NCBI GenBank assembly: GCA_903895725.1
Contig: CAITUV010000063.1
Location: 51,902 to 115,901, forward strand
From: an uncultured Myxococcales bacterium
GTDB lineage: Bacteria > Myxococcota_A > UBA9042 > CAIXZC01
Length of the DNA stretch: 64,000 nucleotides
Direction of reading: 5' to 3'
Shown in pieces: positions 9,153-18,303 of this stretch. The notes beneath the pieces are model-generated. The model worked only from the letters and a program-made list of their open reading frames with translations, was not told the DNA's origin and did no database searches. Position numbers and translations under genes: made by a program. The first letter of the stretch is position 1. The number at the start of each line of letters is the position of its first letter.

Positions 9153-10487
9153 ATGAACCGTGCTCTATGGCTCATCGTGCTCCCGTCCGTGGCGCTGCTC
9201 CTGGCCGCGGCCGGCTCGTTCGTCACGTCCTTCCAGGCCGACCTTCCGATCCTCCTGGCGGCGGGATTCCTCCCGTTCATCACCGGACTCTCCTTCGCCC
9301 AGAAGAAGAACGGGGAGGACGAGGAGGACGACGAGCGTTCCCGCACCATCGTGGCCATGCCCGCCTGGATGTCCGAGGAGCTCCAGAAGGAGCGTGAAAA
9401 GCTGGCCCAGGATACCACCCGGACCCTGGCTTTCGACCCGTCCGAGGCGATCAAGGCCGCCCGCGAGGCCGCCGCCTCTGGCAAGTCCGCTGCCGGCAGC
9501 ACCGCCCGAGATACCTCCGACCAGGGAACCGGGACCTCCCGGACCCTCATGTTCGACCCCAAGGCAGCGTCCTCCGCTCGAGAGGAGGCCACCGACGTCG
9601 GCAACGATCGCACCGCATCTTACTCCCCTGAAGAGCTCAAGCGCATTCGGGAGTCCCTGCGGGACACCCGGGCCGAGGACGAGGGCAATGCCCGCACCGT
9701 GGCCTACATGCCCGCCGTGACCGAGCAACAGGTTCCCTCCGCCCCCAAGAAGGAGGAGGGGGATGCCTTTGCCGCCACCGTGGCCTACATGCCCGCGGTC
9801 ACGGCCACCGAAAACGGGACTCTGGCCTACGGCCCGGGAGAGAAGGAGAAGCTCCTCCAGGCCATGGGACGAAAGCCCGTCGAGGCCGAAGATACCGACG
9901 ATGGAAGCGCGGCCACTCAGGTCTACTCCAAGGAGCAGGCACAGGCCGTCAAGGATGCCTACTCCCTGCTCGACGGCTCACGAAAACCCCAGGCTGCATC
10001 GACGCCCGCAGCGTCCGCCAAGGGGACTGCCACCTCCGCTGCTCAGGCCGCAGCGCCCCAGGCCGCCGCTTCGAAACCTGCTGCCGCCGCTGCTCCGGCC
10101 TCCCAGCCCGTGGCCCCCGTCCGACAGCCGGCACCGACCGGAACCGGGGCAACCGCCTCGAGCACTACGTCCCCCGGGGTCTTTTCCTCGGCCCCCGTCT
10201 CCACCCCCTCCTCGATTCCCGCATCCACGTCCCCGGCAGGGGGTTCGACCGCACCGGCTTCCACCCCAGTCTCCGCTGGCCCCGCCACCGAAGACAGGCG
10301 CTCCTCCCCCAAGGTCAGCGCCATGCCCGTCGAGGGGCAGAAGAGCGGCATGTCCACCGGTTCTCTCATCGCACTTCTCGTCGTCCTGCTCGCCCTGGCC
10401 GGCGGTGCCACGGCCGTCATCCTTCACCTGCTCGGCATCGTGACGCTGCCGCTGCCGCTGCCCCAACTGGACCTCTTCTCCAAATAG
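9153..10487 (+). CDS. Hypothetical membrane protein: N-terminal hydrophobic hairpin, long disordered region with repeated Thr motifs, C-terminal TM
   Basis: GAGG RBS before ATG 9153; hydrophobic ends; Ala/Pro/Ser/Thr-rich middle. Confidence 0.8.
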   Translation: MNRALWLIVLPSVALLLAAAGSFVTSFQADLPILLAAGFLPFITGLSFAQKKNGEDEEDDERSRTIVAMPAWMSEELQKEREKLAQDTTRTLAFDPSEAIKAAREAAASGKSAAGSTARDTSDQGTGTSRTLMFDPKAASSAREEATDVGNDRTASYSPEELKRIRESLRDTRAEDEGNARTVAYMPAVTEQQVPSAPKKEEGDAFAATVAYMPAVTATENGTLAYGPGEKEKLLQAMGRKPVEAEDTDDGSAATQVYSKEQAQAVKDAYSLLDGSRKPQAASTPAASAKGTATSAAQAAAPQAAASKPAAAAAPASQPVAPVRQPAPTGTGATASSTTSPGVFSSAPVSTPSSIPASTSPAGGSTAPASTPVSAGPATEDRRSSPKVSAMPVEGQKSGMSTGSLIALLVVLLALAGGATAVILHLLGIVTLPLPLPQLDLFSK

Positions 10488-10498
10488 CGGCTGCCGAC

Positions 10499-10981
10499 AT
10501 GGACATCATCTGGGCCCCCTGGAGAATGAAGTACATCCTCGGAGAGAAGAAGATGGGCTGCTTCGTCTGCGATGCACTGCCCCAAGGCGTCTGCGTCGAA
10601 ACCCTGATCCTCCGGATCACCCCGCACTCCCTCGTGCTGCTGAACCGCTACCCGTACATCAGCGGTCACCTCATGGTCATTCCCAAGGCGCACGTGGGTA
10701 GCCTCGACCACCTCTCCCCCGAACAGATGGCCGACCTGCACGAAACGCTGCGCTACTCCATCCGCAAGACCCTGGAGGTTCTAAGACCTCACGGCATCAA
10801 CGTCGGCATGAACCTGGGACGGGCCGCGGGGGCCGGCCTCGAAGAGCACATCCACTACCACATCGTCCCCCGCTTCATGGGCGACAACAACGCCATGAAC
10901 GTGCTCGGCGACGTCCGGGTCATCCCCGAGTCGCTCGAAGACACCTGGAACCGCTTCCTCCCCGCATTCTCGAAGGACTGA
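10499..10981 (+). CDS. HIT-family (Fhit-like) nucleotide hydrolase
   Basis: WAPWRMKYI, CFVC, LNRYPY, histidine triad HIHYH. Confidence 0.95.
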   Translation: MDIIWAPWRMKYILGEKKMGCFVCDALPQGVCVETLILRITPHSLVLLNRYPYISGHLMVIPKAHVGSLDHLSPEQMADLHETLRYSIRKTLEVLRPHGINVGMNLGRAAGAGLEEHIHYHIVPRFMGDNNAMNVLGDVRVIPESLEDTWNRFLPAFSKD

Positions 10982-11376
10982 TGAACCATTTCCTCTTTCT
11001 TTCGCTGCTCCTGATGATCCTGGGTTACGGGACCGTCGAATTCGCCCGCTTTCGACGGGCGCTCCAGCAGGGACGGCACGACCTCTACCCCAAGGTCCGC
11101 TTCGCCCTGCGGACCCTGGACGGGCTCCTCGTCGTAGGGCTGGGGTGGTGGCTGGTCTACTCCGAGTCTCCCCGTGTCCAGGGGTCCATCGAGCACCAGG
11201 TCGTCCTGGCCGCTCTGGCAGTCCTTTTCGTCTCGATTGCCGTCGATGTGACCTGGCTCGTCCGCCAGTTTCGGGGCGAGGCACGCCGTCGGGAAGAGCA
11301 GTTCCTCGACGAGGTCGGCCGCCTGGTCCGCCAGGCTCGTGACGGGAACGATCGCAAGCGCGGCGGGGCTGCCTAG
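10981..11376 (+). CDS. Small hypothetical membrane protein (about 3 TM)
   Basis: One-base overlap with the HIT stop codon; three hydrophobic stretches. Confidence 0.7.
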   Translation: MNHFLFLSLLLMILGYGTVEFARFRRALQQGRHDLYPKVRFALRTLDGLLVVGLGWWLVYSESPRVQGSIEHQVVLAALAVLFVSIAVDVTWLVRQFRGEARRREEQFLDEVGRLVRQARDGNDRKRGGAA

Positions 11377-11669
11377 CCACCCACCGGATCACCACCCGAC
11401 CGCAAGGCATCACTTCTGGGGTGGCGGCCTCGACTCGTCCGCTGCCCCGGCGACCATCGACCAAAGCCTGTCCCGAGCGGAGTCGAGGGGACCGTTGTCA
11501 ACCCGGCAGATACCGGTGACACTTTCACTCGGCTACCACACGATCCTGGCACAATCTTGACGCACCCCGGCCCGGTGACTATCATCTCGCCGATCGACGG
11601 ATTACCGCACAATTCGCGGAACGGCGACGGACTTTGGAGAATCCTATTCGGCAAGCGGAGGAACGAGAG

Positions 11670-12806
11670 ATGAAGAAGATGGCGTTGTTCACCCTGGCGA
11701 TTCTGTCGATGGCCTTCACCTTCTCGCTGGGCTGCGGCGGCGGCGATGACAAGGAAGGCACCGATACCAAGACCAACGAAGAGACGACTGCCGGCGATGA
11801 CTCGGTGACCGGCGATGACGTCCCGCTTCCCTGCGCCGACGTGTGCGAGGACGGAACGCTCGTTCCGCCCGACACGACCGAGCCCGAGGGGGTCTCCGTG
11901 GACGTCAAGGCCGCGGATGGCGGCACCGTGGCATCCGAAGACGGCAAGGCCGAGCTCACCATCCCGGCCGGTGCCCTGGCCGAGGACACCACCATCACCC
12001 TGGCCGTCGAGGCTGCCTCTGGCGACGCCCAGGCCCAGGTCTACAACTTCGGTCCCGATGGCCTCACCTTCCTCAAGCCGGTCACCCTGGCCCTCGCATT
12101 CGATGGCAAGGTCCCGGACAAGCAGAAGGCCGTCCTGGCCGTCCTGGATGGGGACAAGTGGACCGCCATTGCCGGCTCTGCCCTCGCCGACGGCAAGGTG
12201 ACCGGCGAGATCACCCACTTCTCCAAGTTCACCATCATCTTCACCGAGGACGAGATCATCATCACCTCCGATTGCGGCGAGATGGCCACCGGATTCGTCC
12301 CCTGCGGAGGAAACCCCGAGGGCGTCTGGAAGTTCGACAACGTCTGCTTCGACCAGGCCTCGCTGGGCGAGAACCCCCTCAAGGATACCTGCCCCACCGC
12401 CACCATGTCCGTCGAGATGAACTGGGATGCCACCATCGAGTTTGCCGGCAGCAATTACACGTCCACCTTCAACAAGCAGGAGATGAAGGTCTTCATGACC
12501 GTCCCGAAGTCCTGCCTGCCCGCAGAGGCCGGCTGTGACGTGTTCGGCGCCGACATGCCCTGCACCGACACGGGCGAGGCGTGCGAGTGCGTCAAGACGG
12601 AGGTCAAGGATCAAGTCGAGACCGATTCCGGGACCTGGGTCGTCGAGGGGACCAACCTGGTCATGACCAATTCCCAGGGAGACGTGAGCACCGCCCCGTT
12701 CTGCCAGTCCGGGGACCAGGTCGTCGTCAAGATCGAGGATACCGACGAGGAAGGAAAGATCTCCATCCTCTACTTCGTACTCTCGAAGGTCCAGCCCACG
12801 GCGTGA
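11670..12806 (+). CDS. Lipoprotein with ZU5-like domain ending in HFS and Cys-rich C-terminal domain
   Basis: Lipobox FSLGC; GGTV..LTIPAGAL..YNFGPDGLTFLKPVTL..W..THFS; CGGNPEGVW domain. Confidence 0.8.
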   Translation: MKKMALFTLAILSMAFTFSLGCGGGDDKEGTDTKTNEETTAGDDSVTGDDVPLPCADVCEDGTLVPPDTTEPEGVSVDVKAADGGTVASEDGKAELTIPAGALAEDTTITLAVEAASGDAQAQVYNFGPDGLTFLKPVTLALAFDGKVPDKQKAVLAVLDGDKWTAIAGSALADGKVTGEITHFSKFTIIFTEDEIIITSDCGEMATGFVPCGGNPEGVWKFDNVCFDQASLGENPLKDTCPTATMSVEMNWDATIEFAGSNYTSTFNKQEMKVFMTVPKSCLPAEAGCDVFGADMPCTDTGEACECVKTEVKDQVETDSGTWVVEGTNLVMTNSQGDVSTAPFCQSGDQVVVKIEDTDEEGKISILYFVLSKVQPTA

Positions 12807-12850
12807 TTCTTTCGCCGGCCATCGATTCCGGCCGGAGTCCGGCCCTGTTT

Positions 12851-14593
12851 CTACTTCGTCAGATCGACCACCCGGATTGAGCGGGCTTCGAGATCGCCCA
12901 TCGACAGGTCTGTCCCTTCGATGAGCCGGGTCTGATCCGGTGCGGGCCAGATCTCGTCCACCGTTCGGACGAGCGCAGCACCGTTCCAGCGTCGCTCCGG
13001 TGCCGGGTCCGCCCCGAGGTCGACGGTGGTCTCAAGCGCCTTGACCGTGCCGAAGTTCACGGCAATGACCAGGTCCTGCTCCGGTGCCGGGCGCCGGAAC
13101 GCCCACACCGGTCCCCCCGTGACCGCTCGGGCCGGCAGCGGAAGGAACCCCCCCTTCAGCAGCCCGGCGTTGGCCCTGCGCATCCGGATCAGGTCTCGGT
13201 AGAGGGACAGCAGCGAGGCCCCATCGCCTTGCTGCGCAGCCACATTGATCGTCTCGTAGCTGGAATGGGGCGATTTCCAGGGCTTGCCCGTGCTGAATCC
13301 CGCACCCGTTTCCCCGGTCCACGACATGGGAAGCCTCTTGGCCGTGTCGTCCAGCGAGGCCCCGTTCGGCATGCCGATCTCCTCCCCGTAGTACAGGAAG
13401 GGAGTCCCGGGGAGCGTCATCAGCAGCATCGCGGCCAGCCGCATCGAGGCCCCATCCTCCTGGAGGCGGCTCGACAGCCGCACCAGGTCGTGGTTGGTCA
13501 GGAACGTGGCATCCCCCGCACCGGGAGGGAACTGGCCAGCAAACAGGCAGAGCACCTTCTCGATGTCCGCAGGCTCCTCGGCCGGGATTCCAGCCGCAAT
13601 CGCCTCCATCAGGTCGAAGTCGAACGTGAGCGGAAGCCCCTTGCCGTCTGCACGGTAGATCGCTGCGACCTCGTTGGAGGCCCAAGCCTCGCCCACGAGC
13701 AGCACGTCGGGAGACTGCTTCGACATGGCCGCGGCAAACTCTTTCCACCAGCCCACGGTCTCCGCCGTGTCCTGCTGCCCTTCGCCCGGCCCGGTCTCCA
13801 CCATGTAGCGCACCGCATCCAGCCGGTACCCGTCCACGCCCATCTCGGACAGCCACCAGCGACCCACGTCGGTCATCTCGGCCCGCACCTCCGGGCTCTT
13901 GTAGTTGAGGTCCGGCATCCCGGACCAGAACAGGCCGTAGTACCAGGCGTCCCCCGACTGGTGCCAGGTGCTGTCCTTGCCCCCCCAGGGACGCCCCCAG
14001 TCCAGGGGCTCGTCGCTCCACACGTACCAGCTCCGTCTGGCCGACGCCGGGTCCCTGGATTCCACGAACCAAGGGTGCCCGCTCGACGAGTGGTTCATCA
14101 CGAGATCCACGATGATCCGGATCCCCCGCTCGTGCGCCTCGGCCACCAGCTTCTTCATGTCTTCCAGGGTGCCGTAGTCCGGCTCGATCCCGCGGTAGTC
14201 GGTCACGTCATAGCCATGGTAGCTGGGAGACGGGGAGACCGGCATGAGCCACACCAGATCCACACCGAGATCCCCGGTCGTCTCCGCCTTCCCGTCGTTC
14301 AGGTAGTCCAGCTTCTCGATGACGCCTGCCAGGTCTCCGATGCCGTCACCGTCCGAGTCCTTGAAGCTGCGGACGAAGATCTCGTACCCCACGGCACGGT
14401 TGTACCAGGAATCCGCTGCCGGCAGTCGCTCGGCACACTGGGGCTCGTTGAGTGCCCCGGTCTCCGCCTCGTCGCCAGCGCCCCCCCCCTCCGGTACCTG
14501 GGGCAGGTCCGAGGCCCCCGGGCTCGACGTGGACGCACACGCCAGGCACAGAACCAGGGCCGGAAAGATCACACGGAGCAGTCGGAGACCCAT
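12851..14593 (-). CDS. GH13 alpha-amylase-family lipoprotein
   Basis: Lipobox CLAC; SFKDSDGDGIGD, DLVMNH, GYRLDAV (nucleophile), VGEAW (acid/base), FLTNHD, YYGEEIGM. Confidence 0.93.
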   Translation of the reverse strand: MGLRLLRVIFPALVLCLACASTSSPGASDLPQVPEGGGAGDEAETGALNEPQCAERLPAADSWYNRAVGYEIFVRSFKDSDGDGIGDLAGVIEKLDYLNDGKAETTGDLGVDLVWLMPVSPSPSYHGYDVTDYRGIEPDYGTLEDMKKLVAEAHERGIRIIVDLVMNHSSSGHPWFVESRDPASARRSWYVWSDEPLDWGRPWGGKDSTWHQSGDAWYYGLFWSGMPDLNYKSPEVRAEMTDVGRWWLSEMGVDGYRLDAVRYMVETGPGEGQQDTAETVGWWKEFAAAMSKQSPDVLLVGEAWASNEVAAIYRADGKGLPLTFDFDLMEAIAAGIPAEEPADIEKVLCLFAGQFPPGAGDATFLTNHDLVRLSSRLQEDGASMRLAAMLLMTLPGTPFLYYGEEIGMPNGASLDDTAKRLPMSWTGETGAGFSTGKPWKSPHSSYETINVAAQQGDGASLLSLYRDLIRMRRANAGLLKGGFLPLPARAVTGGPVWAFRRPAPEQDLVIAVNFGTVKALETTVDLGADPAPERRWNGAALVRTVDEIWPAPDQTRLIEGTDLSMGDLEARSIRVVDLTK

Positions 14594-14653
14594 CTCACGC
14601 CTCCCTTGCGGAACTGTCTGGAACGATTGCCTGCGAGCGAAGGACGGGACGGC

Positions 14654-15079
14654 TCACTGGCCCGACGAGAAGCTCTTCTGACCTGCAGTCAGGATGGTGA
14701 CCACGATGAGCCCGGCCACGGCACCGGCGCCCCCCGCGATGAGGAGCACGGTCTTGGGGGTCGACAGCAGATCGACCTCTCCTTCCGGCTTGATCTGGCT
14801 CAACATGAAGATGTAGTCACGGTCGGAAGCCACGAGCTGGCTCCCGGTGAGCTTGAAGTTGTAAGGAGTGATGGGGTAGCGGCGGTTGTCCACGTCCCGC
14901 ACGAAGAGGCGCGTTCCGGTCGAGACCTCCACCTGCTCCCCTTCCTTGGTCGCCATCACCTTGTTGGCTCCTTCCGCTGCCTGGAGCTCCTTCATCTGGT
15001 CCATCGAGATGTGGTAGGTGTTGTAGCAGGCCATGGACCCGAAGGCTAGTGCCACGAGGAGTGCAACGAGCTTCTTCAT
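14654..15079 (-). CDS. Hypothetical lipoprotein with C-terminal hydrophobic segment
   Basis: MKKL..FGSMAC lipobox; AGGAGG RBS; strongly biased codons. Confidence 0.8.
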   Translation of the reverse strand: MKKLVALLVALAFGSMACYNTYHISMDQMKELQAAEGANKVMATKEGEQVEVSTGTRLFVRDVDNRRYPITPYNFKLTGSQLVASDRDYIFMLSQIKPEGEVDLLSTPKTVLLIAGGAGAVAGLIVVTILTAGQKSFSSGQ

Positions 15080-15118
15080 CGAATCCTCCTGATGCCAAAC
15101 GGCAAATCAGACCGGACA

Positions 15119-15147
15119 AAGGTACTTCAACCCGCCGGCCAGTGCAA
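15119..15147 (-). promoter_or_regulatory. Putative sigma70 promoter for 14654-15079 and the GH13 gene
   Basis: TTGCAC-N17-TACCTT on the minus strand. Confidence 0.45.
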
Positions 15148-15172
15148 CAGAATTTTGGGCTGGATTTCCGGC

Positions 15173-15655
15173 CTACTTCGAAACCGGTGCCAGGCCGATC
15201 CCGGCAACGATGTCCCGATGGATTTTCGCCCAGTCCGCACCCTCCGCCAGGATCGCCAGGAACGTGTCGTCCCCGGCCACCGTTCCAATCACCCCGCCCA
15301 ATCCCAGGTGGTCCATGGCCAGAGCCGCTGCCTGCGCATGACCGGGGCCCGTCCGGAGCACCAGGATGTTCACCGAGCGTTCCACCCCCTGCACCAGCCG
15401 CTTGAAGGTCTCTTCGTACTGCTGACGGGACGACGGCTGGCTCCCGGGCAGCACATACCGGGACCCCGTGCTCCCCAGGGGCACCTTGATCACTCCGAGC
15501 TCCCGGAGATCCCGCGACAGAGTCGCCTGGTTCACGTCCACTCCCAGGTCGGCCAGACGCTTCTGGAGCTGATTCTGACTGGAGACCTCCTCCCGCTGGA
15601 TCAGCTCCATCAACAGCTTCCAGCGACGCCTCCTGTTTTCGGCACGTTCGGCCAT
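15173..15655 (-). CDS. argR: Arginine repressor ArgR
   Basis: VSSQNQL, VNQATLSRDLRELGVIKV, LRTGPGHAQ, GTVAGDDT. Confidence 0.95.
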   Translation of the reverse strand: MAERAENRRRRWKLLMELIQREEVSSQNQLQKRLADLGVDVNQATLSRDLRELGVIKVPLGSTGSRYVLPGSQPSSRQQYEETFKRLVQGVERSVNILVLRTGPGHAQAAALAMDHLGLGGVIGTVAGDDTFLAILAEGADWAKIHRDIVAGIGLAPVSK

Positions 15656-15667
15656 GTCCTCCTCCGC

Positions 15668-16117
15668 CTACTCACACGCATCCAGCATGTCGTACAAGCC
15701 GCCCGACAGATTCTTGAACCAGCTCGGGTCCGCAATGTCGATCCGGGCACGATCCTCGAACAGCTCCTGGGCCGACCCGTATCCGTGCTTCTGGAGAATA
15801 ACCAGGTACGGCTCGATGGATTTGCTCTTCTCTTCGACCATCCGCTCGAGCTCGGCGTAGGGCTCCCGCAGCGTGGCAAAGCTTGATTCCGGGTCGAAGT
15901 CGATGTTCGCCTTGCAGGCCAGGTCTCGATACGCGGCCTCAAACCGCGAAAGCTTCTGCATGTACGGGTCGGTCACCTCCGGCTGGGGCCCGGGCTCCGG
16001 CTCTTCCACCCTCGTGGCCACCGGCTCTTCCTTCACCTGCGCTCCAGAGCAGCTCACGACAAGCGCCAGCCCGGATACCATCCCAAGAACCAGCAGCATC
16101 CCCCGTGTGCTCTTCAT
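15668..16117 (-). CDS. Hypothetical lipoprotein
   Basis: AGGAGGGAG RBS before ATG 16117; lipobox VVSC. Confidence 0.75.
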   Translation of the reverse strand: MKSTRGMLLVLGMVSGLALVVSCSGAQVKEEPVATRVEEPEPGPQPEVTDPYMQKLSRFEAAYRDLACKANIDFDPESSFATLREPYAELERMVEEKSKSIEPYLVILQKHGYGSAQELFEDRARIDIADPSWFKNLSGGLYDMLDACE

Positions 16118-16185
16118 GTCTCCCTCCTTTCTTGCTGCCCCCTCGAGGGCCCCTCCCGCGTGGTCGGGGCTGTGTGGGGGCAGTA

Positions 16186-16225
16186 CCCACTGCCCACTGC
16201 CCACTGCCCACTGCTCACTGCCACT
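16186..16225. repeat. Heptamer tandem repeat (CACTGCC/GGCAGTG, about 5-6 copies) with an adjacent inverted copy
   Basis: cccactgcccactgcccactgcccactgctcactgccact; GGGCAGT at 16178-16184 can pair with ACTGCCC. Confidence 0.85.
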
Positions 16226-16231
16226 TCTCCC

Positions 16232-18187
16232 CTACATCCCTTCCTTCTCCAGTCTCGCCAGGTAGACTGCCACTTGGCTCCAGACCGACGACCGCCAGAA
16301 CTGCTCCAGGGCATCGAGCTTGTCCTGGTAGCTGGTCCGGTCCCGCAGCACCATGGCGATCTGGTATGCGACCTTGGCACTCTCCGGGACGGCCCCCGCG
16401 TGCTTGAGCGCCAGGGCAGCGTTCTCCCGGGCCTTCTCCTCTGCCAGAGTCAGGGTGGCTACCAGGGCCTTCTCCCGCTCCACGCCCGCCAGGTTCCCGC
16501 CGGAATCCAGCTTGACCCCGATGGAATAGAACTTCGCCACCAGCGAGGACGAGGCGAAGAAGGAGGACAGCGCTCCCGCCAGCCTCGCCAGCGACAGCGG
16601 CAATCCCGACTCCGCCCACCCCATCTTCCCGCTGTCCGGCAGCTTCAGGTTGAACTGGGCGGTCCGGTACCCGGGCTCCTTCTCCATCAGCACCGTGGCC
16701 ACCTTCTCCATCGACTTGCCCGACTTGTCCGCCACCTCGCGCACGAAGATGGCATCGAAGTACTCCACGTTGGCCGAGGCTGCCCCCTGGAACAGACGAG
16801 CCACCTCCTCGATCCGCTTGAGCCGGGTACCGCCCCCTCCCACCGCCTCCCCCAGCAGCGCCAGGTTGTCGAGCGCAAGCCCGGCATTTACCTCCAGCGC
16901 CGCAATCTCCGACAGCGGCTTGTACATCTCGGCAAACAGCCCCACCAGCTCCTTGACGTCCTTGCCCTCCTCCAGGGCCCCCTTCATCCGCATCAGCAGG
17001 TCGCCGTACTGGGCCTTGGCAAACTCCCGGCTCACGACCGCCGAGATCGCCGCCTCGTAGGCATCGAGCAGCAGCACCGCCCGATTCAGGCTGTCCGCAT
17101 TGGTTCGGGACAGCTCTTCGAATACCTTGTCCAGCTTCTTCTTCCCCTCTTCTTCCAGCTCGCCGAAGATCTTCAGGGCCTCGACCGGATTGCCCGTGGA
17201 GAGACGATCCACCATGGCCGCAGCCAGCAGCACCGTCCGGGACGAGAGGTAGGATGTCACGGCCTTCCAGTAGGCAGCGGCCACAAGCCCTTCGTTCAGC
17301 AGGGCCGTGGCATCGTCGTACTCGAGCGACGCATCCTGCCACAGCGGCTCGAACTTCTCCGCCTGCGAGAGCTGACGAGACGCCTCGTACGCCTCCTGCG
17401 ACCTCACGAGCCAGTCCTGCGCCTTGCCCTTGAGCAGCTCATACTCAGCGCTCGAAAGGGCCATCTCCGTCCGCCGAAGCGGCTTGGTCCTCGGCAGCGG
17501 TCGGTCCACGAGGCATTGGTAAGCCTGCACCAGGTCCTCCACCTCGACCGCCTCCACCCCCTCTCGCCGGGCCAGCTCGATCACGTCCAGCGTCTGCCCG
17601 GAACCCGGCTGTTCCCCAGCTCCTTCCGTTCCCCCGCCCACCTCCTCGAACCGCTGGCCGACCGGGAAGCAGAACCGCTTCTTGCCCGCCTTGGTCGCAG
17701 CGGCAAGCTTCTGGATGACACCGCCGACCGGACCGATCGTCCCGTCCGGGTTGATCGTCCCGGTCATGGTGGCATCCTCCGACAGCCGGTCCCCCTCCAG
17801 GATCGCCATCACCGCCACCGCAAACAGACCGCCGGCCGAAGGACCGTCCACCCGTCCGGCCAGCGTCTCCGTCTCCACCGAGTACCGGAAGTCCAACGGA
17901 TTGCCGTTGATCTGCAGTGTACCTGTCAGGGCCGCCACCCACAGGGCCACCCGCCACAGCTCACTGGTTCCTCCCGGCTTGGTCTCGAACACTCCCAGCG
18001 ACATCCCGGTGCGGCTCGGCTCCAGCTTGACCCGGGCATGGCTCATCCCCCCTTCCCCGGACCTTCCCTCCCGAACCCCCTTGATCCAGAGGAAGTCCAC
18101 CTCAGCGCTTCCGCCCCTGCCGGTTGCCGGAGAGCACCCCGCCACCAGCATCCAGATGCCCAGCAGCCCACTCAACGCACGAACCAT
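16232..18187 (-). CDS. Lipoprotein with Lon-protease (S16) catalytic domain and long helical C-terminus, no AAA+ module
   Basis: Lipobox LVAGC after ATG 18187; VDGPSAG (Ser), TGTINPDGTIGPVGGVIQK (Lys). Confidence 0.88.
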   Translation of the reverse strand: MVRALSGLLGIWMLVAGCSPATGRGGSAEVDFLWIKGVREGRSGEGGMSHARVKLEPSRTGMSLGVFETKPGGTSELWRVALWVAALTGTLQINGNPLDFRYSVETETLAGRVDGPSAGGLFAVAVMAILEGDRLSEDATMTGTINPDGTIGPVGGVIQKLAAATKAGKKRFCFPVGQRFEEVGGGTEGAGEQPGSGQTLDVIELARREGVEAVEVEDLVQAYQCLVDRPLPRTKPLRRTEMALSSAEYELLKGKAQDWLVRSQEAYEASRQLSQAEKFEPLWQDASLEYDDATALLNEGLVAAAYWKAVTSYLSSRTVLLAAAMVDRLSTGNPVEALKIFGELEEEGKKKLDKVFEELSRTNADSLNRAVLLLDAYEAAISAVVSREFAKAQYGDLLMRMKGALEEGKDVKELVGLFAEMYKPLSEIAALEVNAGLALDNLALLGEAVGGGGTRLKRIEEVARLFQGAASANVEYFDAIFVREVADKSGKSMEKVATVLMEKEPGYRTAQFNLKLPDSGKMGWAESGLPLSLARLAGALSSFFASSSLVAKFYSIGVKLDSGGNLAGVEREKALVATLTLAEEKARENAALALKHAGAVPESAKVAYQIAMVLRDRTSYQDKLDALEQFWRSSVWSQVAVYLARLEKEGM

Positions 18188-18227
18188 GGATTCCTCCGGA
18201 GCCAGCCTTCCAGTGGCCACAATACCC

Positions 18228-18241
18228 CGCATAATTATGTG
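18228..18241. promoter_or_regulatory. AT-rich palindrome resembling an ARG box
   Basis: CGCATAATTATGTG with perfect core CATAATTATG; 11/14 to TGCATAATTATGCA; 41 bp upstream of the S16 gene, in the run leading to argR. Confidence 0.4.
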
Positions 18242-18303
18242 ATGTCCAGGGAGATCGACCAGGGGAGTGCCCGGCCCGACCGCCTCGAGTCCGCCCGGTC
18301 CCT

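Noticed and set aside
11430-11490. Intergenic stem (CCTCGACTC..GTCGAGG) as an ncRNA or riboswitch
   Set aside because: No recognisable family consensus; a simple hairpin is unremarkable at this GC content
11547-11561. TGGCAC..TTGA as a sigma54 promoter
   Set aside because: Spacing is one base short and the -12 position reads AC, not GC
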